Below the pieces are notes generated by a model, which saw only the letters and a program-made list of their open reading frames with translations, had not been told where the DNA came from and did not search any database. A stretch of 64,000 nt of DNA from Chiloscyllium plagiosum. Lineage: Eukaryota. Location: assembly GCF_004010195.1 (NCBI RefSeq), contig NC_057729.1, positions 6,534,372 through 6,598,371 on the forward strand. The letters are read 5' to 3'. The position numbers were made by a program, and so were the translations under genes. Below, piece by piece: positions 25,135-37,939 of the stretch (within the stretch, counting starts at the first letter, position 1; every line of letters begins with the position of its first letter).

Positions 25135-27270
25135 GAGGTCTCCATATCACAGATTACAGTCTTTGATTCACTTCACATGATATCAAGAAATGGCAGATAG
25201 GCATTAGATATGCAAAGGTTATGATCTCTGATAATATTCTGACAGTAGTACTAAAGCTTCACACTCCAGAAATTTTCAAAATGCATTGCCAAACTGTTCC
25301 ATTAGAGCTACATCACTGGCATCTACGCGACAATGTACAAAATTGCCCTGGTACGTTCTGTACACAAATACAGGACAAATCCAATCCAGCCAATTACCAC
25401 CCAACAGTCTACTCTCAATCATCAGTAAAATGAGGAACATGTCAGCAACAGTGTTATCCAATGGCATTTGCAGAGTGATAACCTGCTCAGTGATGCCCAG
25501 TTTGGGTTCTGCCAGGGCCACTCAGCTCCAGACCTCATTACAGACTTGATTCAGACATAGACAAAAGAGCTGAATTCCAAAAGTGAGAGGAGAATGACAG
25601 TCCTTGCGACCCAAGACACATTTGGTGGAGTGTGGCATCAAGGGGTCCAAGCAAAGTTTAACTAAATGAGAATCAGAGGAAATCTGTGCACTTGTTGGAA
25701 TCATAGCTGACATGAAGCAAGATGGTGGGGTTGTTGTAGGTCAGTCCTCTCACCTTCAATGCAGTAGCCCCACCTTTTTGTCCCAGTGCGTGGATGTCAG
25801 CAATTTCTAAACATGGAAGTCAAAGCATTAGCACATTGATTGGCATGAGTGGAGCCTCCAAGGAATTCTGGAGCAGCTGTATGGCTTAAAGGAAACATTG
25901 CTCCGAGGTATCTCGAGAGAAATTCCTCAACATAATGTCCTTGGCCTAGCAATAACCTGCCCCCAATATTACGTCAAAAGTGGGAATGTTCATTAAGGAC
26001 TGCACAATGTTCAGCAGCATTTGCAATTCCTCAGATAGTGAAGCAGTCCATCTCCAAATGCAATAAGACTTGGACAATAACCAGGTTTAGGTTGATGACT
26101 AACATACATGCCACAGAGATTCTAGAGAATGAGGTGATCAAATGAAAATTCAATGCCATTCCATCACCATGCTATCACTATTAACATGTTGGGGGTCACT
26201 TTTGAATAGAAACTGAACTGGACAAGCCACATAAATACTGTGGCTACAACAGCCCATCAAATGCTGGAACTCCAGCAGTGAGTAACTCACTTCCTGACTC
26301 CCCAAGGCCTGTACAATGTCTTCAAGGCACAAGTCAGAACTGAGATGGAATATGCCCTACTTGCCTGGATGAATGCAGCTCCAACAACACTTAAGAGGCT
26401 TGAAACCATCCATGACAAAGATAGGCTTGATTGCCAAAACATCCACAAAGCACTCACTCTATCCACCACAGAAACACAGCAACAGCAGCTGAGTACCATT
26501 TACAAGATTTGCTGCAGAAATTCATCAAGGTTGCTTAGCACCTTCTAAATTCACAACCATTACAATCAATTGGTATGGCAACTGTACCATTCAATATCGG
26601 AGACGGTTACAGAGAGTGGTGAACTCGGACCAGACAATCACAAAAGTGAACCTCCCATTTATAGAATCCATCTACCAGGCCCGCTGTCAAGGAAAGGCCG
26701 CCAGCATTCTCAAAGATCCATCCCACCCTGGCAATGTTTCTCTACAACCTCTACCATTGGGGAGAAGGTACAGAAGCCGAAACACACGCACCAGTCTGTT
26801 TTGATGCAGTTTCTACCCTACTGTTGTTAGAATACTGAATGGACTCACAGACTCTTAGCATTTGCCTGTACCTATGTTTTTGTTTTTCCACTGTTTACTT
26901 ATTATTCACTTTCTATGCTATTTAACTCTGTGATCTGCCTGTATTGCTCACAAGGCAAAGCTTTTCACTGTGCCTCGGTACATGTGACAATAAATTCAAT
27001 TCATTCAATTCAAAGGACAGGACCTGTAGGTAACCCTAATTTTAAACTATGCCTGCAAATACACCTCCAGGCCACTGACCATCTGACTTGGAAGTATATT
27101 GTCATTCCTTCAGTCTTACTGGAACAAATGCTGGAACCCCCTCCCAACAGTCCTCCAGGGATATTTGCTTCAAACAACTGTGCAGATTCAAAAGGACAGC
27201 TCACTACCACCTTTGAGACATGGGCAAGAAATGCTGGTTCAGCCATTAAAGTCCATATGCCGTGAATTAA
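25135..27270 (+). mobile_element. CR1-superfamily LINE family 2 (RT to 3' end), interrupted by Rex1
   Basis: DKSNPANYHP, DAQFGFCQGHSAPDL, MEYALLAWMNAAPTTLKRLETIHDK. Confidence 0.85.
26571..27012 (+). mobile_element. Rex1/Babar-type LINE 3' fragment
   Basis: LQRVVNSDQTITKVNLPFIESIYQARCQGKAASILKDPSHPG...GRRYRS; 3' end cttttcactgtg..catgtgacaataaa(ttcaa)n. Confidence 0.8.
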
Positions 27271-27520
27271 CTTTGAAATTGTGTGTTTTTATGTTCCTAT
27301 ATTATCATAACTGGATTACCAGGTTTGGTTTAGATGATTGTTGAGGAAAAGGTATTGGCATAGACACAGTAATGAATTCCTCTGGTCCTATATGAGTACT
27401 GCCACATGATTTTCTATATTCACTTAACAGGACAGATAAGAACATATAACATAGAACATTTCAGCGCAGTACAGGCCCTTCGGCCCTCAATGTTGCGCTG
27501 ACCTGTCACACCAATCTGAA

Positions 27521-27735
27521 ATGGAAATGTGTTGCTGGAAAAGCGCAGCAGGTCAGGCAGCATCTAGGGAACAGGAGAATCGACGTTTCGGGCATTAGCC
27601 CTTCTTCAGGAATGAAGAAGGGCTAATGCCCGAAACGTCGATTCTCCTGTTCCCTAGATGCTGCCTGACCTGCTGCGCTTTTCCAGCAACACATTTCCAT
27701 CTCTGATCTCCAGCATCTGCAGACCTCACTTTCTC
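27521..27735 (+). mobile_element. Palindromic PLE mini-element (family A): 88-bp perfect inverted repeat plus 35-bp tail
   Basis: Arms 27521-27608 and 27613-27700, loop ggaa; 14-bp TSD cacaccaatctgaa (27507-27520, 27736-27749). Confidence 0.95.
27577..27612 (-). ncRNA. Minimal type I hammerhead ribozyme motif, core intact
   Basis: ttc-CTGAAGA-A-GGGC-TAAT-GCCC-GAAAC-GTC-gattc; palindromic ACGT stem III; stem I only ~2 bp. Confidence 0.75.
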
Positions 27736-29604
27736 CACACCAATCTGAAGCCCATCTAACCTACACTATTCCATGTACGTCCATATGCTTGTCCAATGAC
27801 GACTTAAATGTACTTAAAGTTGGCGAATCTACTACTATTGCAGGCAAAGCATTCCATACCCTTACTACTCCCTGAGTAAAGAAATTACCTCTGACATCTG
27901 TCCTATATCTATCACCTCTCAATTTATAGCTATGCCCCCTCGTACTCTCCGTCACCATACTTGGAAAAAGCCTCTCCCTGTCCACCCCATCTAACCCTCT
28001 GATTATCTTATATGTCTCTATTAAGTCACCTCTCAACCTTCTTCTCTCTAACGAAAACAGCCTCAAGTCCCTCAGCCTTTCCGTGTAAGACCTTCCCTCC
28101 ATATCAGGCAACATCCTAGTAAATCTTCTCTGCACCCTTTCCAAAGCTTCCACATCCTTCTTATAATGCGGTGACCAGAACTGTACACAATACTCCAAGT
28201 GCAGCTGCACCAGAGTTTTGTACAGCTGTAGCATAACCTCATGGTTCCGGAACGCGATCCCTCTATTAATAAAAGCTAAAACACTGTTTGCCTTCTTAAC
28301 AACCCTGTCAACCTGGGTGGCAACTTTCAAGGATCTGTGTACCTGGACACCAAGATCTCTCTGCTCATCTACACTACCAAGAATCTTACCATTTATCCCA
28401 GTACTTTGCATTCCGGTTACTCCGACCAAAGTGAATCACCTCACACTTGTCCGCATTAAACTCCATTTGCCACCTCTCAGCCCAGCTCTGCATCTTATGT
28501 GCAGATAAGGCTTTAATATAATACCTTACCTAATTGTCAGTACCTTCAGCACTCTGTCAATCATGCAGTTTCGTGCTTATTCTCTGGAGAGGAACCTGAA
28601 CCCCTGACCATCTGAATCAGATGGGAGAGACCCTCCAACTCTGTTTGGACTGGTTATAAAGGATGCTTCTCCACTATGTTCACTCTGGGTAGTAGAGTTC
28701 GTTGGTATACGATGATATTTTTCAACTCAAGTTGCCTGAAATTGACCACACCAATACAAAAGATTGTCGAACTTTTCACACAAATTGTATTCATTGCAAG
28801 TGAGTATCTGCAATATTTTCTATTATTAAAAAAAAATCACACTAGATGTTGGACCCACTCAGAACTGACTACAGCCCCAGATCAAATGGATCGCCATGGC
28901 GAATTTTAACTAATCTGCTTTTTAAAGAGGTTCCAAATGACAGGCTGCATTTTAGGGCAGAAGGGTCAGGGATGTACACATTTTAAAATCTTTTGTAATT
29001 TTTTGAAGTAATTTTGAGTGACTAAATATATGCGCATTTACAGGTAGTGATTGGGAATGCTTTTTTGGCTGAAGCTCCTTTAGAGGGCTTTCACTTCTTT
29101 GGCTAATATCATTGCATAAATGTTTTTTGAAGCATATTTTCCTTCCTTCAAATTATGGTAATAGAAGTTAGTTTAATACATTTTGACACACAATTTGTTT
29201 TTACAAGATTTTGGTCTTTTCGATTTGTTCAATCCATTCCATTACATGATTTTTCATAATTGGAGTCTCTTATTTCATTTGCCCCCATGAAGTTGGCTAC
29301 ACCAAGTTGAAAGTATTAAAAGAAATGCTAATGAGGTCAGATGCTTTCCTGTAAAACCCTTGCCTTTCATCAGCTGAAGGCAGGCAATAACTGGAGGATA
29401 GTGGGATGATGAGAAAACACCCTGTGTTTGTGGTGTTCATCAGTAAAGTGACCGCACATTCCATGTAGAGAGTTTAGCTGACAATAGTGTTAGACTTCAG
29501 TGCAATGCCCTGATGCATGAATGGCTCACTGCATCTGGAATCAAGCAGGAACAATGGTGAAGTACTAGGAGGCAATTTCTATTATTCCTGTAATAGCAAA
29601 CATG

Positions 29605-29990
29605 CCCCTGAGTCCGAGGGCTATGGGTTCGAGCCCAGTGGTAGGAATCAATCATGAATAATTCAGTGTAGTGTTGTGCAAATTCTGCATTGCAAATTGA
29701 GCAAGTGCTGCAAGATGTTCATTTGAGGTCTCATTTTGTCCTTTCAAGTTGGAGTGAAATCCCAGGAATCTGGTAAAGGAATGGCACAGCATTTTCCTGT
29801 TACCATTCCCAGCACCTGTTCTTCAGCCACCCAAATTATTGTTATTCATGGGAACATGAATGGACAAAATATTTGCTTACAGTTGGAAATTAATGAGTTG
29901 ACTGTGAAGTGCTTTGGGATAGCTAGGGCTCTTTATGCTATTACATGGATGAATTTTCAATTTCTGGAAAGGGACTCTCAGATGAATATA
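29605..29990 (+). mobile_element. DeuSINE/SacSINE1-like ancient SINE
   Basis: ctgagtccgagggctatgggttcgagccca head; gtgaagtgctttgggat near the 3' end. Confidence 0.5.
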
Positions 29991-30077
29991 GAAGAATGCA
30001 CATTCAAAGTGACTTTCTTTTCTTGTCCAGAAAATGTTTTCTTTCCTCATACTTTCTGAGTACAAAGGACAATAGTA

Positions 30078-30711
30078 CATAGAACATAGAAAAATACAGC
30101 GCAGTACAGGCCCTTTGGCCCTCGATGTTGCGCCGATCCAAGCCCACCTAACCTACACTAGCCCACTATCCACCATATGCCTATCCAATGCCCATTTAAA
30201 TGCCCATAAAGAGGGAGAGTCCACCACTGCTACTGGCAGGGCATTCCATGAACTCACGACTTGCTGAGTAAAGAATCTACCCCTAACATCTGTCCTATAC
30301 CTACCACCCCTTAATTTAAAGCTATGCCCCCTCGTAATAGCTGACTCCATATGTGGAAAAAGATTCTCACTGTCGACCCTATCTAAACCCCTAATCATCT
30401 TGTACACCTCTATCAAGTCACCCCTAAACCTTCTTTTCTCCAATGAAAACAGCCCCAAGTGCCTCAGCCTTTCCTCCTCATACGATCCTACCATACCAGG
30501 CAACATCCTGGTAAACCTCCTCTGCACCCGTTCCAGTGCCTCCACATCCTTCCTACTGTATGGCGACCAAAACTGCACACAATACTCCAGATGCAGCCGC
30601 ACCAGAGTCTTATACAACTGCAACATGACCTCAGGACTCCGGAACTCAATTCCTCTACCAATAAAAGCTAGTACGCCATATGCCTTCTTCACCGCACTAT
30701 TTATCTGGGTG
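30078..30711 (-). mobile_element. Young CR1 LINE 3' fragment
   Basis: ORF 30153-30776: AYGVLAFIGRGIEFRS, LEYCVQFWSPY, RGRFFTQ; (catagaa)n tail. Confidence 0.95.
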
Positions 30712-32229
30712 TGCACATTGTAGAGATTCAATGAACCTTTACTGCAAACACATTGAGAAAAATATAATAGAAGCATCAGTTAGCAGGGAGTTAGATAAAT
30801 ATCTGAAGGAAAAACATTACCAGGACTCTAAGGGCAAGCAGGGGAGTTGAACTAATTAGCTAATTTAAAGAGCTGGTAAAGACTTAATGGGCTGAATGGC
30901 CTCTTTCTATGATCTTTACCTTGAAAAGTGATAGGAAAACCTTCTCATTGATACTTGCTAATGATTTAAAATGAGCTTTCTTTTCTATGTATATTATGCT
31001 ATTCCTGATGGATCTAAGCCTGCAGCAAAAACAGCTCTTAATTTGGCACTAATTGAGGAGTCTCACTAAGTCAGCTGCATTGAAGCAGTTGGTGCAATAT
31101 TTACAGAGTTGTAGTCAAAGTCACAATTCCCACAGTTAATACATTTTATGTTTAATTTGAAACTCCTCATCCTGCAAGTTACTACAATTTGAGCTTAATT
31201 GAAGAAAATTCGATTCTTCAGTTTGGATGTTGGAAGGACACTACAGCCTCGTTCACCAATTATTGATCACCTCGTCAATTCTCACTCCTGCCCAATAGAA
31301 AGGGAGGATTTGACGGGATTGCAGTTGCCTTCAAAAGGGTATCTTTACCTGATGTGGCAATACTTATATTATCCTTTATAACATAAGAAACTAGGTGTGG
31401 TGACGTGGTATAGAAGGACTCAATAGATGTTTACTACAGTTGGTTATACTATACTAATACTATATCCACAGCCATAAAAGAGAATGGGCTAGTCTTAGGC
31501 TATTCAGTAACAATAGCTTCAAGTAATTCAAGTTAAGATGGTGGCTGAGATCTTTATACTCTCAGGTCACTTGCTCTGATGTAGTTGTGATATCATTAGC
31601 ATGTCACTTAAGGTGTCTTGATAAATCAATGCCCTTCTCTACTCTGTCAGCATAAGCATCCCTATCTTTTCACTGACAATTTAAACTCACTTTCTCTGCT
31701 ACTTCACCTGACCACAATGCTCATGATTGCATGCAGCACTTTCCCCATTCACTCTCAGCATCCCACCTCCCCCCCCCCACCTCCCCTGGCAGCATTAACC
31801 CTCTGCGCTGCCTACACACTCACTTGGTACACTGCTCTACATTCACCAAAAGTAAGAGCGATGTCACCCATTTTCATCTCTCTTTAATAATCTGCTCCTC
31901 TCTCCCATGCCAGGAGGGAAGCAGCACAAAGCAAGGCAGTAAAAGTCAAGATGGGTGCATTTCCTCACACTTTCTGTGGACAACATCATGACTGTGACTA
32001 GCCCAAGTGGCTGACTGATCATGTCCAAACATCTGGACTGGTATTGGAGGCTATTCTTGATTTAGTATGCCAGGACTCCTGTCTAAAAGATATCCCAGTT
32101 GATGACTGAGGAATGCTGACAACCATAACAAGCTTCCTTATTTTGTATCTGCACTAAATGGTAATGCAAAATATAAGTAATGTGAGTCTGATATCTCAGG
32201 TAGAGAGGGTGAAGAGCAGACAAGCAATG

Positions 32230-32700
32230 AAATTAATTATTTATTGTCACATCCATTTTACAGTGAAATACTATAAATACAGTGAAAAGCCTTCCCTTGT
32301 TGCCATAATTTAGTGCCATTTTGATAGTTTAAGAATAAGAGAAATGAAAAGATATAGCTTACAGAGAAGTCTATCTATGTACGGGTATCAGACCCAACTA
32401 ACATTGAAGTCACCAGTCCTTTGACACCACTTTTTACCGCCGAGCCAATTCATCATCACCACCACTCGCTCCGGGCACACCAACTTTGGAGACTATCACG
32501 ACATTCGATGTTGCCATGGTGCCCTCCTCCCATTGCCAGCACCGGACCCAGCCAATGGTGCAGTCAAGGCAGGAATGCTGTGAACATCTAGATAGGCTAA
32601 GAGAGAGTGAGTGCTCTTACAGCAAGTAAATAGTCCAGAGATACAGCTCAGTCCAGTCCATGCGTGTGTATCCCTGAGTGCACGGTGTGCTTGCTGCAGC
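32230..32700 (-). mobile_element. Non-coding retroposon with Rex-like 3' end
   Basis: tttattgtcacat...tacagtgaaaagc is the reverse of the Rex end at 26960-26995; no RT motif seen. Confidence 0.5.
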
Positions 32701-32922
32701 ATTACAATGCAACCCAGGGTGCAGCACGGAAGTACATAAGTCATCTGCATGTGGATTGGAAATGTGCCGTGAGGGTTGTAAAGAGGCCGCCACATATTGG
32801 ATGCCAATATCCATGGACTTGGAGTGGGTACATATGGTTGGTGTCTGTGGTACGTACCCTTGAGATATTGGTGCCCACTGTTGAACTGGATGTCCTTTGA
32901 ACCAAATAACTAGCTGAATTGG

Positions 32923-33138
32923 AGAGTGTGGTGCTGGAAAAGCACAGCCAGTCAGGCAGCATCTGAGGAGCATGAAAATCAATGTTTCGGGCATAAGTTC
33001 TTCGTCAGGAATTCCTGATGAAGGGCTCTTGCCCGTAACGTCGACTCTCCTGCTCCTCGGATGCTGCCTGACCTGCTGTGCTTTTCCAGCACCACATTCT
33101 GACTCTGATCTCCAGCATCTACAGTTCTCACTTTTTCC
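32923..33138 (+). mobile_element. Palindromic PLE mini-element (family A), older
   Basis: Diverged ~88-bp arms centred on caggaattcctg (33006-33017); CTGATGA-A-GGGC-TCTT-GCCC-GtAAC-GTC; decayed TSD ataactagctgaattgga / ataagcgctgaactgga. Confidence 0.9.
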
Positions 33139-33399
33139 TAGATAAGCGCTGAACTGGATCTGCTTCTCATATCAAGCTTTCTCAATGTCTGGCTTATTTG
33201 GTGAGTACGATGAAATTAAAAACTAATGAGGTAAGTTGGGCTGTCAACAAGGCATTGAACAAGCAATAAATCCCCTTTAATTGGATGACGGCAGAGTAGG
33301 ACGCTCCAGCCAGAGCTTGTCTGCTCTCTGTTCCTTTGCTTTTTTTCTCTTTTTCTTTCCCTCTTTTGTGTTTTTTTTCTCTTCTGTCTTTTTCTTTTT

Positions 33400-33720
33400 C
33401 TGCCAATAGCTCAGAGCAGAACAGGGACAGCAGCCAGCTGGGCAGAAGCAAAGATGGCTACTGGTTGGGAACTAATGGCACCTAGTCTGACCATGTGGAA
33501 GCCCTTATAGAAAGACTGTAATGTCTACCTTTTTAGTTTTTGTTCTTATTTTCCTAACTTAGACTATGTACATTCGTCATGCAGTTTAACTTTTCTTTAT
33601 TTTCTCTATTTTTTGTATCTATGATTTGTAGATGCTGTGTGTTGGTGATGTTTTACACTTCTTACTGCACTTCTGTTCTTTTGCAACTTGAGGACATGTG
33701 ACAATAAACCTAATTCTAAC
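33400..33720 (+). mobile_element. Non-coding retroposon with Rex-like 3' end
   Basis: cttactgcac...catgtgacaataaacctaattcta. Confidence 0.5.
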
Positions 33721-34611
33721 TGAGTAAATATATAAGTATATGCTTAAAGAACACGCTAATGAAATCCCTGTAAACATTGACAAATTCTTCTGCCCTACCC
33801 TATCCCTCAGGGAATCAGTAAAATTGATTGTGGGTGGTCACAAAACATTCTGGTTTGGAGCTTTCTTTAAAAGCTGTACCCACCATGTCCTTTTCAAGGC
33901 AGAATTTGCTGCACATGTTCTGTATGGAGTTGTTGGGGTATTTGTGATAATGGGCCAGTGATAGTCAGTAGCGAGTAAGGCAACTCACTGTGGTGACCTT
34001 GGAAGAGTGAGGTGAAATGCAGCGATTATGTTCTGTGAGATTTCACTCAGGCAACTATCGTGATGATCTGGATTTATCAGTCCAGGTAGTGAGTACTTTT
34101 ATTTGTATTACCTAATAATTTTATTGTCTCACCACAAGTTGTTAAAATCACAAAGTGGAATCTTGTAAAGGACTGAGCAATGTGAGCTTTGTTGAGATGT
34201 CAGAGAATCAGACAGCAACTTCAGCAAGGCCTATCTCAACATTGAGATCATCTTGCTCCATCTTTATTGCTTTTCACAAGCAATGTGGCAAGATATTTGC
34301 CAGGTGAGATGCTAATTGACAGCAATTAATGCTTGTTAAAATGTCTTGTTAATGCCACAACTCACCACAGCTTTTCATCTTACCAAAATGCCCCAAGTTT
34401 GAAACTGTAATGATTATGTTAACTCTATGATATTCTTATGTGTCAAATTAATACTTTATCTCTGAGTCAAAAAATGAGGGACTTAGGTCCCAGCTGACAT
34501 ACTTGAACAAGTTAGGCTGACACTTAAATGTGAGGTCTGAAAAGCAATGATTTGAGAAGATATCTGGAAACACTATGACACAATATTGTTTTCATTTACG
34601 CCCACAGATAC

Positions 34612-34968
34612 AGTCATAGAATCACAGAGATGTACAGCATAGAAACAGATCATTCAGTCTAACTCATCCATGCCGACCAGATATCCTAAATTAATCTATG
34701 CCCATTTGCCAGCATTTGGTCAATATCCCTCTAAATCCTTGCTTTGTAATTGTACCAGCCTCGTCTGGAAGTTCATTCTATGCACGCACCACCCCCTGCA
34801 TGGAAAAGTTGCCCTTTAGGTCCCTTTTAAATATTTCCCCTCTCAACATAAGCCCATGCCTTCTAGCATTGGATTCCCCTACCCAAGGGAAAAGATTTGA
34901 TTATTTACCCTAACCATGCCCCTCATGATTTCATAAACCCCTACAAAGTTACCCCTCAGCCTCTGACT
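34612..34968 (-). mobile_element. CR1 LINE 3' fragment
   Basis: catagaatcacagagatgtacagc tail; reverse-complement similarity to 12388-12728. Confidence 0.85.
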
Positions 34969-35354
34969 GTGACAGTCCAAGATACTGAACTCTTCTATTC
35001 ATGCACCTGATATAAAATGTTAATTACCCAAACAGCTCCAACACTACTGCATGGTTTTACATTTTCTGCAGTCAGAAAGCTGAACCCAGTACAATTGCTT
35101 GATGCAGTCCATGGATCATCAGAAACCAGCACTTGAGCAGATGGTCTTTAGGTATCATGGTGGTAGGACATGAGTTTGTTCTCAGAAATACAAATAAACA
35201 TCATAACTTTGCCCCAGCACCACCTAGAAAAACCAGCATGACATTTGTGGGAGAACACCAGTGGGCTCCAATGTTGTACCAGCCCAGATAGAGGAAATAT
35301 TCTTGTTCATTGCCCATTGTCACAATCTTGAATCTCTCCAACTAGCAGTGTTAT

Positions 35355-35460
35355 GAACATTGACGCTGCTTTCCTTCTACAGATGCTGCCAGACCTGCTG
35401 GGTGTCTCCAACATTTTCTGATTTTGTTTCAGATCTTCAACATCTGCAGATCTTTGTTTA
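35355..35460 (+). mobile_element. PLE mini-element (family C)
   Basis: acagatgctgccagacctgctg...catctgcag body shared with the 20024 and 46265 copies. Confidence 0.75.
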
Positions 35461-35754
35461 CAGTATTGCTGTAAGGGTACATTCTCTGCACAGAACACAG
35501 TGAATCAGCAAAGTACTTCACCATCATCTTCTCAATGGATGGACATTTAGATGCATATTCTCCGAGAAGAATTGTGAAAGCGGCTATATGCTTTAAACCT
35601 TTCTTCAATGTACGCAAATTCAAGTATATATATCTTGCAAATATCCATTTTGTTTTATATTTTTCAGCCCAGTATATATTTTATATATTCTAATCTATTC
35701 AAAAAAGTGAAATTTTCATTTATTTATTCAGAGGATGTTTGATTTGTTTTGGTG

Positions 35755-36020
35755 TAAGCATTATTGTCGTGTGTACTCAAGTACAGGAGTACAGTAAAAA
35801 GTATTCGATGTCGCCACATACAGCATCACCTTAGGCACAAATGTACCTAAGTATAAAACTTACACATAAGTAATAACATAGAAAAACAAAGTTAAAAGTA
35901 AAGCATTTTTTCAGTATCAGTAGAAAAGTAAACTTTAGTCTTTCCTATTATTAAGTTGAAAATAAGGAATAAAGGTCAAAGTTCAACAGTCTTTCTTAAG
36001 TGCAGTCCCTTCAAGTGCAT
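35755..36020 (-). mobile_element. Non-coding retroposon with Rex-like 3' end
   Basis: atttattgtcgtgtgtactcaagtacaggagtacagtaaaaag. Confidence 0.5.
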
Positions 36021-36026
36021 TCCCAT

Positions 36027-36155
36027 CATTCCTGATGAAGAGCTTATGCTCAAAACATTGACTTGCCTGCTCCTCGGACGCTGCCTGACCGGCTGTGCTT
36101 TTCCAGCACCACATCAGCTCTGACTCTCCAGCATCTGCAGTCCTCACTTTCTCCC
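36027..36155 (+). mobile_element. PLE mini-element (family A) with hammerhead core
   Basis: CTGATGA-A-GAGC-TTAT-GCTC-aAAAC-att; stem II compensated relative to GGGC/GCCC. Confidence 0.85.
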
Positions 36156-36239
36156 ACTGCCTTCAAAGGGATTACTCTCAAGGAAACCTCAGGTTTCATG
36201 CTGTTGACACTGCTGATGCGGAGTGGTGGGGGTGGGGAG

Positions 36240-37150
36240 CTTTTCTGGCTCAATCATCATTTATTGCCCATCATCATTGCACTTGAGAAAGTGGTGGTGA
36301 GCTGCCTTCTTGAACCACTGCAGTTCATGTGCTGTTGGTATGCCCACAATGATGTTAGGGAGGGAATTTCTGGATTTTGACCCAGGGACAGTGAAAGAAT
36401 GGCAATATATTTCCAGGTCAGAATGGTGAGTGACTTGTTCAGGGAATTGTGTACAGTGACTTTTATCCATATAACCCTCTCCTTATCCTTCTACAGGCTG
36501 ATGGTCATAAGGTTGGAAGATTCTGCCTAAGGTACATTGTTAAATTTCTGCAGTGCCTCCTGGAGATGTAATCAATGCCACCACTATCAGTAATAGAGGG
36601 AATAATTGTGTGGGGATGTGGTGATAATTAAGCAGGCTGCTTTGTCCTGGATGGTATCAAGATTCTGAAATATTGTTGGAGCTGAACACATTCAGGCAAG
36701 TTCAGAGTACTCCATCACAATCTTGAAATGTTCCTTGTAGGTGGTGGACTGATTTTGAATAGGCAAATTATTCATGATTCCTATTCTCTGACCAGTTCTT
36801 ATATTCATACTATTTTTGTGGCTGGTCCAGTTCAGATCTGGTCAGTGCTTTCCCCAGGACGTTATCAATGAGGGATTCAGTGATGCTATTGTCATTGAAT
36901 GTCAAGGGGTAGTTCTTATATTCTCTCTTTTAAAAATTGTCATTACCTGGCAGTTATGTCATATCACTGTTATTTTGTCACCTATCTGCCCAAGCCTGGC
37001 TATTGTCAAAGTCTTGCAGCATTTTGGCATGGACTGCTTCGGTATCTGAGGAGTAATGAATGGTGCTGAATATTGTGAAATCATTGGCAAACATCCCACT
37101 TCTGACCTTATGATGGAGGGAGAAAGTCACTGACGAAGCAGCTGAAGATG
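36240..37150 (-). mobile_element. CR1-superfamily LINE family 2, 3' part
   Basis: tttattgccc..cacttgagaaagtggtggtgagctgccttc tail; GMFANDFTIF (FADD-like) at ~37075-37100. Confidence 0.8.
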
Positions 37151-37939
37151 GCTTTAGAAGTCTCATCAGTTTTGGTAAGATCTGAAATTAAAATGTTTTC
37201 TGTGAAGCCTGTGCCAATTAAATTGCTGAAAATATGTTGTCTGTGTAATAAAGATTTGAAAACCATCATTCTTTTTTTGTCTGCTGCTCTTTATAATCCA
37301 TTTAACGTGGAATTCAAATTCAAGTGTAAAATCCCTCAGCAAAGTAACCATATATTTATCAGGTTATAACTGCTTTCTGTCTTCATGCTTTTACACTGGG
37401 TTTGGAATACTGTGGTTTCCCTTTGCCTGCACATTATTATCTTTCAGATAGACTGAGGCAGCATAAAATTACCTTCTATCATGGCATTGACAATGACTTA
37501 TAGCCAATCAGAACACTCTGACTTAGCCATAATGAATGATCACCATCAATAATTGCTCAAAATAAACTTCAAACACAATTGCTATACTAATTTGGCTCAA
37601 CAGGGACTTATAATGGTCTGTACTTCACATTTTCCAAGCTGTGTTACAAGGAATAGAATTCACTCAGAAATAGATAGCTGAACAAAGCTCTCCCAGTCAC
37701 ATCGCCTATTGTGATGTCACATTAAGGATACAGCTTCTCTCAAAAGCATTAAAGGCAGAAATGGGTGAGATTAGAGAGGTTCCTATAGGAATATATAGAT
37801 CTCTATTTGGAAGGTGTTGGAATATATGGTATTCAACAGAGATTTTTTTAAAGAAACTCAATTTCTCTTCAAATTTTCTTTTTAGACTCTTAATACAGTT
37901 CCTTACTCTTAACCTTGGGCTCTGTATAAATTGATCCAA

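Larger units (their letters stand above)
27441..28501 (-). mobile_element. Young CR1 LINE, 5'-truncated, open ORF2 C-terminus (27761-28429)
   Basis: 222-aa ORF with RDLGVQV, LEYCVQFWSPHY, RRRLRGDLIETYK; TSD cagataag (27433-27440, 28502-28509). Confidence 0.95.

Noticed and set aside
27761-28429. 222-aa ORF (and the 207-aa ORF at 30153-30776) as host genes
   Set aside because: Both are CR1 ORF2 C-termini in 5'-truncated copies, lacking the RT core and a native start.
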